In this document: piece by piece, positions 1 through 7,945 of the stretch | Position numbering within the stretch: position 1 is the stretch's first letter | Layout: every line of letters starts with the position of its first letter | Assembly: GCA_965199855.1 (NCBI GenBank) | Contig: OZ241326.1 | Coordinates: 2,112,001-2,176,000 of the forward strand | Direction of reading: 5' to 3' | Source of the DNA: a bacterium | GTDB taxonomy: Bacteria; UBA8248 | Length of the DNA: 64,000 nucleotides | Notes under the pieces: generated by a model | What the model saw: only the letters and a program-made list of their open reading frames with translations | Told to the model about the DNA's origin: nothing | Databases searched by the model: none | Made by a program: the position numbers and the translations under genes

Positions 1-361
1 CGTCCTCGTGGCGACGGACATCGTATCGCGCGGCATCGACGTTACGGGCATCTCGCACGTCATCAACTACGACGCGCCCGAATACCCCGAGGACTACGTC
101 CACCGCGCCGGCAGAACGGCGCGCGCGGGCAGCATCGGCTACGCCATGACGCTCATGTCCCCCGGGGAGATAGCCCCCGTCAAGAACATCGAGCGCTTCA
201 TCGGCAAGGCGCTGCCCCGGGTCGGCATTCAGGGCTTCTCGGACGACGTGCACCAGCAGAGCCTCGAGGACGAGCCCAAGCCCCTCATCAACCAGCCGCG
301 CGTCGCGCGCTACGAGCGGCTCCGCAGAATGCCGCGCCGCACCGGCCTCTCGCTTCGCTAG
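1..361 (+). CDS. DEAD-box RNA helicase, C-terminal part (5' truncated by window)
   Basis: Motifs [11 protein letters not shown] (motif V), VINYD and [12 protein letters not shown] (motif VI). Confidence 0.9.
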   Translation, partial: VLVATDIVSRGIDVTGISHVINYDAPEYPEDYVHRAGRTARAGSIGYAMTLMSPGEIAPVKNIERFIGKALPRVGIQGFSDDVHQQSLEDEPKPLINQPRVARYERLRRMPRRTGLSLR

Positions 362-509
362 CCCGAAAGACGGCCTCCGCCCGTTCGGGGAAGGAGCGGC
401 GGGGCCGCGCCCGGAAGAAAGCCCCGGATCCCGCGCCGGCGGCGGCGCGCCCGGGCGCGCTTTCCGGGCCGCCGAAAGCGGAAAATCGCCCTCCCCCCTT
501 CGTTTCCTG

Positions 510-538
510 TTGACCCCCTCGCGCGGCTGGGCTAGACT
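510..538 (+). promoter_or_regulatory. Putative sigma-70 promoter of the HU gene
   Basis: TTGACC-N17-TAGACT about 95 bp upstream of the HU ATG. Confidence 0.5.
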
Positions 539-633
539 TCGCCCGTCCATGCTGGATAGACGCAATCCATGCGGCGCATACGCGAAGCCGAACGCTTCGG
601 TCCAGCCCACTTACACCGTTGAGAGGATTCCCG

Positions 634-906
634 ATGCAGAAGTCTGATCTCGTAGAGAAAATCGCCGATGAGGCGGGAATCTCCAAGGCCGCCGCGGACA
701 GGGCGCTCAAATCCCTGCTCGATTCCGTCACCCGCGCCCTGAAAAAAGGGGACAGGGTCTCCCTCGTCGGCTTCGGCACCTTTTCCGTCTCGAAGCGCGC
801 CGCGCGCACGGGACGCAACCCGCGCACGGGCGAAACCATCCGCATCAAGGCGAGCAAGGCGCCCAGATTCGCCCCCGGCAAGAGCCTCAAGGACGCCGTG
901 AAGTAG
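634..906 (+). CDS. hup: DNA-binding protein HU
   Basis: [11 protein letters not shown]...[11 protein letters not shown]...[12 protein letters not shown]...[13 protein letters not shown]; 90 aa. Confidence 0.95.
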   Translation: MQKSDLVEKIADEAGISKAAADRALKSLLDSVTRALKKGDRVSLVGFGTFSVSKRAARTGRNPRTGETIRIKASKAPRFAPGKSLKDAVK

Positions 907-958
907 GAAGCGCGGCGGATTTCCGGGCGCGCGGTCCGGCGCCCGGAGAGGGGGAGCT

Positions 959-2095
959 TTACGTCCGCGAGCCGCCCCGGGCGAGAAAGCGGCGCAGCGC
1001 GGAGAGGAGCCGCTCGTTCTCCTCGGGCAATCCGACGGAGACGCGAATCCACTCCGGGCATCCGAAGGCGGAGCCCGCGCGAACGATGACGCCCTCGCGC
1101 GACAGCGCCTCGGCCGCGGCGTCTCCCTCGCCCACCCGCGCGAAAACGAAGTTGGCCTGGCTTTCGAGGCACTCGACGCCCATCTCCGCAAGCGCGCGGC
1201 GCAGAGCCTCCCTGCCCTCCCGAACCAGCGCGATGGCGCGGCGCCTGTAGTCCTCATCCTCCAGGGCGGCGAGCGCCGCCGCCTGCGCGAGCCGGTTCAC
1301 GCTGAAGGGCTCGCGCACGCGGTTCATGTATTCCACCACCCCGCTGCGGCTCACGCCGAACCCCACGCGCAGGCCCGCCAGCCCGTAGATTTTGGAAAAC
1401 GAGCGCAGAACCACGAGCGGGAAGCGCTCCGCCAGCGCCGCGCCGTCGGGAAAGGCGGGGTCGTCCGCGAAATCCCCGTAGGCCTCATCCAGAAGAACCA
1501 GCGCGCCGCCGGGCAGCGACTCGAGGAAGCGAAGGAGCTCCTCCTCCCGCAATATCGCGCCCGTAGGGTTGTTCGGGGAGCAGAGGAAGATGAGCTTCGT
1601 CCGCGCGGAAACCCTGGCGGCGACGTCCCCCAGGTCTATCCGCATATCCCGCAGGGGCGAGAAGACGACGCGCGCCCCCATCACCCGGCTCACGTGCTCG
1701 TAGGGGCTGAAAGTCGGCCGGGGGATGACGACCTCCTCCCCCTCGTTCAGGAACGTTCGGGCGAGAACGGAGAGCACGTCGTCGCCCCCGTTTCCCACGA
1801 AAATCCGCGAGGGCGCGACGTCCAGCTTCCGCGCCAGGCGCCCGACCAGCGCCTTCGCCCCGCCGTCGGGGTAGCGGTGCAGGCCCTCCAGGACGCCCCG
1901 AATCGCCTCCAGCGCGCCGGGGGCGGGGCCGAGCGCGTTCTCGTTGCTGGCGAGCTTGACGACGCCGCTCAGCCCGTATTCGGCGGCCACCTCCTCGATG
2001 GAGCGGCCCGGAACGTAGGCGCGCAGCGAGGAGACGCCCTTTCGCAGCAGGCGCTCCGCGTCGAAGGCCGCGCCCGCTTCCTTCTCTTCCGTCAT
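959..2095 (-). CDS. hisC: Histidinol-phosphate aminotransferase
   Basis: KLASNEN, PNNPTG, DEAY, RSFSKIYGLAGLRVG PLP motifs. Confidence 0.93.
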   Translation of the reverse strand: MTEEKEAGAAFDAERLLRKGVSSLRAYVPGRSIEEVAAEYGLSGVVKLASNENALGPAPGALEAIRGVLEGLHRYPDGGAKALVGRLARKLDVAPSRIFVGNGGDDVLSVLARTFLNEGEEVVIPRPTFSPYEHVSRVMGARVVFSPLRDMRIDLGDVAARVSARTKLIFLCSPNNPTGAILREEELLRFLESLPGGALVLLDEAYGDFADDPAFPDGAALAERFPLVVLRSFSKIYGLAGLRVGFGVSRSGVVEYMNRVREPFSVNRLAQAAALAALEDEDYRRRAIALVREGREALRRALAEMGVECLESQANFVFARVGEGDAAAEALSREGVIVRAGSAFGCPEWIRVSVGLPEENERLLSALRRFLARGGSRT

Positions 2096-2231
2096 CGCCG
2101 TGAACTCCCCGAGCGCCGCCGCGGCCCTCCCCGCGCGGCTGGCCGCTCCTTACCAGAAAAGCCCGAAGTTGTCATGCGCCCCGAAAGGCGCGATATTCAT
2201 GCGTTGCCCCCGGAATGCGGAACGGGCTAGA

Positions 2232-3116
2232 ATGGAGAGGGCTAAAGTTCGCGGGAGATTCGCCTTGGACGATCGGAAGCTGGACGCGAAGCTCGAAAGC
2301 CTCGAGCGAATTCTGGGGGAGATGGGGAGCGTTCTCGTCGCGTTCTCGGCAGGTGCGGACAGCGCCTTTCTCTGCAAGGCGGCGCATCGCGCGCTGGGAG
2401 ATCGGGCGATCGCCGTCACGGGTCGCTCCGTCACCCTCGCCGCCTCCGAACTGGAGGAGTCGCGCGCGCTCGCCAAGCGCATCGGCATCCGCCACCTCAT
2501 CGTGGACACCGACGAGATAGCGGACGAGTCCTTCGGAAACAACCCGCCGAACCGCTGCTATTTCTGCAAGAGCGAACTCTATTCGATACTGCGCCGCGTG
2601 GCGGCCGAGCAGGGTGCGAACTTCGTCGCCGACGGCTCGAACGCCGACGACGCGGGCGACCACCGCCCCGGAATGCGGGCGGCGCGGGAGCTGGGCGTGC
2701 GGAGCCCGCTCATGGAGGCGGGCATGACGAAGGCGGACGTCCGCGCCCTCTCCAGGGCGTTCGACCTCCCCACCTGGGACAAGCCGGCGCAGGCGTGCCT
2801 CTCAAGCCGCTTTCCCTACGGAGACCGCATCACGCCGGAGAAGATCGCCCAGGTGGAGAAAGCCGAAGCCCTCCTGCGCGGGCTCGGCTTCCGGCAGCTG
2901 CGGGTGCGCCATCACGGGACGGTCGCCCGAATCGAGGCGCCGAAAGAGGACGTCCCGCGCTTCGTGGGCGAGGACATCTCCCGCAAGGTCGTCGCCGGCA
3001 TGAAGGAGGCCGGCTTCACCTACGTGACCATCGATCTGGAAGGCTTCCGCTCGGGCAGCATGAACGAAGTCCTCGAATCGCCCGCGCGCGCCTCCGATCT
3101 GCCCCTCCTCTCGTGA
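2232..3116 (+). CDS. larE: LarE ATP-dependent sulfur transferase (nickel-pincer cofactor biosynthesis); start uncertain (ATG 2232 or TTG 2265)
   Basis: PP-loop AFSAGADS, RCYFCK, DGSNADD..D.RPG, ACLSSRFPYG, RVRHHG, GFRSGSMN. Confidence 0.9.
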   Translation: MERAKVRGRFALDDRKLDAKLESLERILGEMGSVLVAFSAGADSAFLCKAAHRALGDRAIAVTGRSVTLAASELEESRALAKRIGIRHLIVDTDEIADESFGNNPPNRCYFCKSELYSILRRVAAEQGANFVADGSNADDAGDHRPGMRAARELGVRSPLMEAGMTKADVRALSRAFDLPTWDKPAQACLSSRFPYGDRITPEKIAQVEKAEALLRGLGFRQLRVRHHGTVARIEAPKEDVPRFVGEDISRKVVAGMKEAGFTYVTIDLEGFRSGSMNEVLESPARASDLPLLS

Positions 3117-3871
3117 ATCCCGACGCCCTCCTCGAACTCCTGGAGCGGGTGAGGGAGGGTCGCCTCGCGCCCGGGGACGCGGCCTCCCGGCTGCGCGATC
3201 TGCCCTTCGAGGATTTGGGCCACGCGCGGGTGGACCACCACCGCGCCCTGCGAAGCGGGCTTCCCGAGGTCGTCTTCGGGGCGGGAAAGACCACGGAGCA
3301 GGTCGTCGAAATCGCCAAGAGCCTCATGGCGCGGGATCAGACGGCGCTCGTCACGCGCGCCGGGGCGGAGCAGGCCGAGGCGCTGCTCGCCCTCTCCCCC
3401 CGCGCGCGCCATCACGAAGCCGCGCGCATCGTCGAAATTCCCCCGGAGAATCCCCCCGAGCCCGTCGGCGAGGTCGCCGTCGTCTGCGCGGGCACCTCGG
3501 ACATCCCCGTGGCCGAGGAGGCGGCGGTTACGGCGCGCGCCCTGGGCTCCCGGGTGACGCGCGTCCACGACGCGGGGGTGGCGGGCCTGCACCGCCTGCT
3601 CGCCGAGGTCGGGACACTGCGCCGCGCCAACGCCGTCGTCGCCGTGGCGGGCATGGAGGGGGCGCTTCCCTCGGTGGTCGCCGGGCTCGTGGCCTGTCCC
3701 GTCATCGCCGCGCCCACCTCGGTGGGCTACGGCGCCAGCCTAGGCGGGCTGACGGCGCTGTTCGCCATGCTGAACTCCTGCGCCGCGGGCCTGAGCGTGG
3801 TGAACATCGACAACGGCTTCGGCGCGGGCTGCCAGGCGCACCTCATCAACAGACAGGCGGCGGGCGCGTGA
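3113..3871 (+). CDS. larB: LarB NAAD carboxylase/hydrolase (PurE-like)
   Basis: DHHRALRSGLPEVVFGAGKT, AGTSDIPVAEEA, AGMEGALPSVV, PTSVGYG, NIDNGFGA; GTG overlaps larE stop. Confidence 0.92.
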   Translation: MNPDALLELLERVREGRLAPGDAASRLRDLPFEDLGHARVDHHRALRSGLPEVVFGAGKTTEQVVEIAKSLMARDQTALVTRAGAEQAEALLALSPRARHHEAARIVEIPPENPPEPVGEVAVVCAGTSDIPVAEEAAVTARALGSRVTRVHDAGVAGLHRLLAEVGTLRRANAVVAVAGMEGALPSVVAGLVACPVIAAPTSVGYGASLGGLTALFAMLNSCAAGLSVVNIDNGFGAGCQAHLINRQAAGA

Positions 3872-5115
3872 GAACGCTCTACTTCGACTGCTTCTCGGGC
3901 GCGGCGGGCGACATGCTCCTGGGCGCGCTGCTCGACGCGGGCCTCGACTTCGCCGCGCTCGAGGCCGAACTGGCGAAACTGGGGCTGGAAGGCTGCTCGC
4001 TCTCCGTGCGCTCCGTCGTGAAGGGAGGCGTCTCGGCGCGGCAGTTCAGCGTGAGCGTCCGCGAGGCGGCGCCCCGGCACCACGGGGGCGAAGGCGGCGA
4101 GAAGCCGCATGGCCGCTCCCTCGCGCGGATTCAGGCGATGCTCGAAGGCGCGCCCATCCCCGAGGTACCCAAGCGGCGCGCCGCCGCCGCGTTCCGCCGG
4201 CTGGGCGTCGTGGAGGCGGGCATTCACGGGACGCAGCTCGAGGCGGTGCACTTCCACGAGGTCGGCGCGGTGGATTCCATCATCGACGTCGCGGGCTACT
4301 TTCTGGGCCTCCATCTGCTGGGGGTCGAGCGGGTGGCGGCCTCGCCGCTTCCCGTCGGGCGCGGATGGGCGGAGTGCGCCCACGGGCGGATGCCCGTCCC
4401 CGCGCCCGCGACCGCCAAGCTGCTCGAAGGCGTCCCCGTCTCGGACAACGGGCTGGAGGGCGAAGTCCTCACGCCCACGGGCGCGCTGCTCCTGGGCGAG
4501 AGCGCGGAGTTTTTCGGCCCCATGCCCGACATGACGATAGAGCGGGTGGGCTACGGGGCGGGCGAGAAGGATTTCGCGGACGCGCCGAACCTCGTCCGCG
4601 CCTTTCTGGGGGAGTCGGAGCCCTCCGGCGACGGCGGCGATGGCGTCGGGGCCGGAAAACCCCCGACGACCGTCGCCGTACTCGAGGCCAACGTGGACGA
4701 CATGAGCCCCGAGCTCATCCCCCACGTCATCGAGGGCGCCATGCGCGCCGGGGCGCTCGACGCCTTCTCCATTCCCGTCACGGGCAAGAAGGGACGGCCC
4801 GCGCAGCTGCTCACCATCCTGGCGCCGCTCCCGAAGCGGGAGGCGCTCACCCGCTTCCTCTTCCGCGAAACCTCCACCCTGGGGGTCCGCCATCGGCGGG
4901 CGCGGCGCTCGGTCGCCGCGCGCGAATGGGTGGAGGTCGAGCTGCCCTGGGGCCGCGCCCGCGTGAAGAAGGCGGCCTACCAGGGCGAACTCGTGAATCT
5001 CGCGCCCGAATACGAGGACTGCAGGCGGCTGGCCGAGGCGGGCGGCGTCCCCCTCAAGCGGGTGATGGAGGCGGCCGCCGCGCGCGCGAGGGAGACGCTG
5101 GAGGGCGGGCCGTGA
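3868..5115 (+). CDS. larC: LarC nickel insertase
   Basis: YFDCFSGAAGDMLLGAL, HFHEVGAVDSIID, AHG.MPVPAPAT, TPTGA, EANVDD, KKGRP, PEYEDC. Confidence 0.93.
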   Translation: MRTLYFDCFSGAAGDMLLGALLDAGLDFAALEAELAKLGLEGCSLSVRSVVKGGVSARQFSVSVREAAPRHHGGEGGEKPHGRSLARIQAMLEGAPIPEVPKRRAAAAFRRLGVVEAGIHGTQLEAVHFHEVGAVDSIIDVAGYFLGLHLLGVERVAASPLPVGRGWAECAHGRMPVPAPATAKLLEGVPVSDNGLEGEVLTPTGALLLGESAEFFGPMPDMTIERVGYGAGEKDFADAPNLVRAFLGESEPSGDGGDGVGAGKPPTTVAVLEANVDDMSPELIPHVIEGAMRAGALDAFSIPVTGKKGRPAQLLTILAPLPKREALTRFLFRETSTLGVRHRRARRSVAAREWVEVELPWGRARVKKAAYQGELVNLAPEYEDCRRLAEAGGVPLKRVMEAAAARARETLEGGP

Positions 5116-5182
5116 AAGCGCCTCCCGCGGGCGACGGGGAGACGCCGGGCGGAGTCCTCCGGGGGGCGCGGGAAAGCCGGCC

Positions 5183-5425
5183 ATGAAGCTGCGCGTCATG
5201 CTGTTCGCCGACTTCGCCGAGAAGATGCCGCCCGCGCAGGACATGAACGGGGCGGCGGAAATCGCCATGCCCGAGGGCGCCACGGTGGGCGACGTGCTGG
5301 ATCGCTTCGGCATTCCCCACGAGACGGCCTACACCGTCCTCCTCGACGGCCGCCACGCCAGGAAATCCGCCCCCATCCCGGAAGGGGCCGAGCTCTGCGT
5401 GTTCCCGCCCATCGTGGGCGGATGA
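5183..5425 (+). CDS. MoaD/ThiS-family ubiquitin-like sulfur carrier protein
   Basis: 80 aa, beta-grasp-like pattern ending FPPIVGG (C-terminal Gly-Gly). Confidence 0.85.
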   Translation: MKLRVMLFADFAEKMPPAQDMNGAAEIAMPEGATVGDVLDRFGIPHETAYTVLLDGRHARKSAPIPEGAELCVFPPIVGG

Positions 5426-5456
5426 AAAGGGAATCGAAGGGCTTGACGCTCTTCGT

Positions 5457-5521
5457 CGTCATTGCGGCGAAAGCCGCAATCCAGCGCCGACGAGAAAACA
5501 CCGGCTTCCGCCGGAATGGCG
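5457..5521. repeat. CGTC-type REP-like inverted doublet between convergent genes
   Basis: CGTCATTGCGGCGAAAGCCGCAATCCAG followed by inverted partner CCGGCTTCCGCCGGAATGGCG; relative at 29047-29072. Confidence 0.6.
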
Positions 5522-5553
5522 CGCGTTGAATATGCGATCGCCTTGCGAAGCCG

Positions 5554-6021
5554 CTAGCCCCCGTCCTTGTCCCGCCTCGCCACCATGATGGTGACGTCGC
5601 CCTCGTGAATCGTCTCGTCCCGCTGGTTCAGCAGGCGCAGGGCGAGCGTCACCAGCCCCTGCCCCTTGCTGGAGACGCGCCTGGACTTCACGGCGACCTC
5701 GCCGTGAATCGTGTCGCCGAAGCGGATCGGCCCCCGGAAGCGCCACTCCAGGCCCAGAAACGCCTCGACCGTCCCCTCGATGACGCCGAGCCGCGTCACC
5801 AGCCCGATGAGAAAGGAAAGCCCCAGAAGTCCGTGCGCCACCCGCTCCCCGAAGGGAGTTTGGGCGGCGCCCCGCGCGTCGGTGTGGAGGTAGGTGTAGT
5901 CCCCCGTGAGGGCGGAGAAGGCGCTGACGTCGGACTCCCCCACCGTGCGCGCGGCGGTGCGCCAGGATCTCCCCTCCTCGAATTCCTCGTAAAACAGGCC
6001 GCTCGCCTCGTATTCCACCAT
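5554..6021 (-). CDS. MaoC-family (hot-dog fold) dehydratase
   Basis: FSALTGDYTYLHTD...PFGERVAHGLL, F.GPIRFGDTI. Confidence 0.88.
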   Translation of the reverse strand: MVEYEASGLFYEEFEEGRSWRTAARTVGESDVSAFSALTGDYTYLHTDARGAAQTPFGERVAHGLLGLSFLIGLVTRLGVIEGTVEAFLGLEWRFRGPIRFGDTIHGEVAVKSRRVSSKGQGLVTLALRLLNQRDETIHEGDVTIMVARRDKDGG

Positions 6022-6028
6022 AAACTCC

Positions 6029-6871
6029 TCAGCGCAGGCGAAAGCGGAAGGTGACCTCGCCCCACTGCTCGACCGCCTCGGCGCCCCGCGGAAGCGGGCT
6101 GAACCGCCAGCGCTTCAGGTGATTCGCGGCCAGTCCCTCCAGACGGGCGCTCGCCTTCCTGATCGGCACGACGCGGCCGACGGTGCCGTCGGGCAGCACC
6201 CAGAATTTCAGCACGATCTCCGCCGCGTCCTCCAGCCCTCTGAGCCTGGGCTTTTTGGGCCGAAACACGATTCGCCGACTCGCCGCCGGGCCCTGGATGG
6301 CGGCGCGCCGCCTCGCGCGGGGGCCGTAGGCCAGCGCGTCCAGCATTCTCCCGTCCGCCCCGTCGCCGGGCAACGGTCTCCCGCGCCCTCCCTTCAGGCC
6401 CTGGGATTCGGCGGGCCGCGGCGGCCGCAAGACGACTTCTCCGAGAGCGCCGCTCTCCGGGGGCGCCTCCACCGGCGGGGCGTCGCCGGGGGCGAGGGCG
6501 GGCGGCGGCATATCCACCGCGGGCGGGGCGGGCAGGGGTCTGACGCCGGGCAGTTCGACCGGCCCGCGCGCCCCGAGCCCCGGCTTCACGGCGAGGCCCA
6601 GCTTCCGCCTGGCCGCCGCCGTCCCCCCCGGCAGACCCCTCAAATCGAGCGGCTCCGGCAGGGGAATCTCGGGCAGGGGCTTCGGCAGCAGGGCGTCGGG
6701 GATGGGGACCTCGCGGCTCACGAGCTCGACCTCCATGGCGTCGGACAGCCCGGCGCGCGCCGGCGCGAGCGGCACGGCGGGGCCGAACAGAATCACGCCC
6801 ACGTGCAGAACGATGGAGACCAGCACCGTCAGGACGAGTGAAAAACTCAGGGGCCTCGCGCCGCTCTCCAC
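6029..6871 (-). CDS. TonB-like energy transducer
   Basis: N-terminal TM with SIVLH (SHLS-like) motif, Pro-rich linker, C-terminal VLPDGTV...WRFSP domain; follows exbB/exbD. Confidence 0.8.
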   Translation of the reverse strand: MESGARPLSFSLVLTVLVSIVLHVGVILFGPAVPLAPARAGLSDAMEVELVSREVPIPDALLPKPLPEIPLPEPLDLRGLPGGTAAARRKLGLAVKPGLGARGPVELPGVRPLPAPPAVDMPPPALAPGDAPPVEAPPESGALGEVVLRPPRPAESQGLKGGRGRPLPGDGADGRMLDALAYGPRARRRAAIQGPAASRRIVFRPKKPRLRGLEDAAEIVLKFWVLPDGTVGRVVPIRKASARLEGLAANHLKRWRFSPLPRGAEAVEQWGEVTFRFRLR

Positions 6872-6875
6872 CGCG

Positions 6876-7301
6876 CTACCTCGCCGGCTTCTCGCGCGCC
6901 CGCCGGGCGGGCGCCGTCGCTATCGACATGCGGAGCGCGCCCGCCTGCTTGGCGACGTCCATCACCCGCACCACCAGGCCATGCGGCACGCCCCTGTCCG
7001 CCCGGATGACGATGACGCCCTGGGGCTGCGCCTTCAGCTCCTCGATCAGGCGGCCCCAGAGCGATTCGAGGGGCACCTGATCGTTGTTCAGAAAAATTCG
7101 CCGATCCCGCGCGATGATGAGAATCAAATCCTTGCGCACGGGATGATCCTGCGTGACCGTCCTCGGCAGCTCCACCTTCATCCCCGGCTGGAGCACGAAC
7201 GAGGAGCTCAGGACGAAGAACAGGAGCAGGAGGAAGATGATGTCGATCATGGCGGTCATGCCGGGCTCGGCCCGCACCCGCCTGAGCTCCCGGAACTTCA
7301 T
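6876..7301 (-). CDS. exbD: ExbD/TolR family protein
   Basis: MTAMIDIIFLLLLFF TM with Asp; VIRADRGVPHG.VV.VMD.AKQAG. Confidence 0.9.
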   Translation of the reverse strand: MKFRELRRVRAEPGMTAMIDIIFLLLLFFVLSSSFVLQPGMKVELPRTVTQDHPVRKDLILIIARDRRIFLNNDQVPLESLWGRLIEELKAQPQGVIVIRADRGVPHGLVVRVMDVAKQAGALRMSIATAPARRAREKPAR

Positions 7302-7308
7302 CGCCCCC

Positions 7309-7908
7309 TCACCGCTTGAGCGTCTCGACGACCCGGTAGGAGTGCTTCTCGACCTCCACGACGAGGCGATCCGCCTTGTTCGTGAAATAGTTGTAGAAGA
7401 TGAGCGTGGGGATGGCGACGACGAGGCCGGCCGCCGTGGTGATGAGCGCCTCGCTGATGCCGCCCGCGAGCTGGCTGGGGTGGGCGATTCCCTTCTCGCT
7501 GATGATGGCGAAGGTGCGAATCATCCCGAAAACCGTGCCCGTGAGGCCCAGCAGCGGCGAGATGGCGGCGATGGTGCCCAGGGCGCTCAGGTTCCTGTCG
7601 AGCGAGGCGGCCTCCTGCCTGCCCGCGTCCTCCACGATGGAGCGGAGCTCCTCGCGCCCCCTGTCGTGATTGGCGATCGTGACGAGCAGGATTCTCCCCA
7701 TCACGGAAGGGTAGCGCCGGCAGAGCGTGATGGCGTCGGCGACCTGGTTCTCCGCGAGCAGGTCCCTCACCTGCCGGAGGATGTCCGTCTGAATGACCTT
7801 GCGGGCGCGCAGATTCAGCGAGCGCTCCAGAATGAGCGCCAAGGACAGGATGGAGCAGACGCCCAGCGGAATCATCAGCACCCCGCCCCTCGCCAGAAAC
7901 TCGACCAT
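7309..7908 (-). CDS. exbB: ExbB/TolQ/MotA family proton channel
   Basis: ISPLLGLTGTVFGMIRTF, GGISEALITTAAGLVVAIP. Confidence 0.9.
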   Translation of the reverse strand: MVEFLARGGVLMIPLGVCSILSLALILERSLNLRARKVIQTDILRQVRDLLAENQVADAITLCRRYPSVMGRILLVTIANHDRGREELRSIVEDAGRQEAASLDRNLSALGTIAAISPLLGLTGTVFGMIRTFAIISEKGIAHPSQLAGGISEALITTAAGLVVAIPTLIFYNYFTNKADRLVVEVEKHSYRVVETLKR

Positions 7909-7945
7909 CAGCCCGCGCCCCCGGATGAAGGGAAATTTTTCATTC

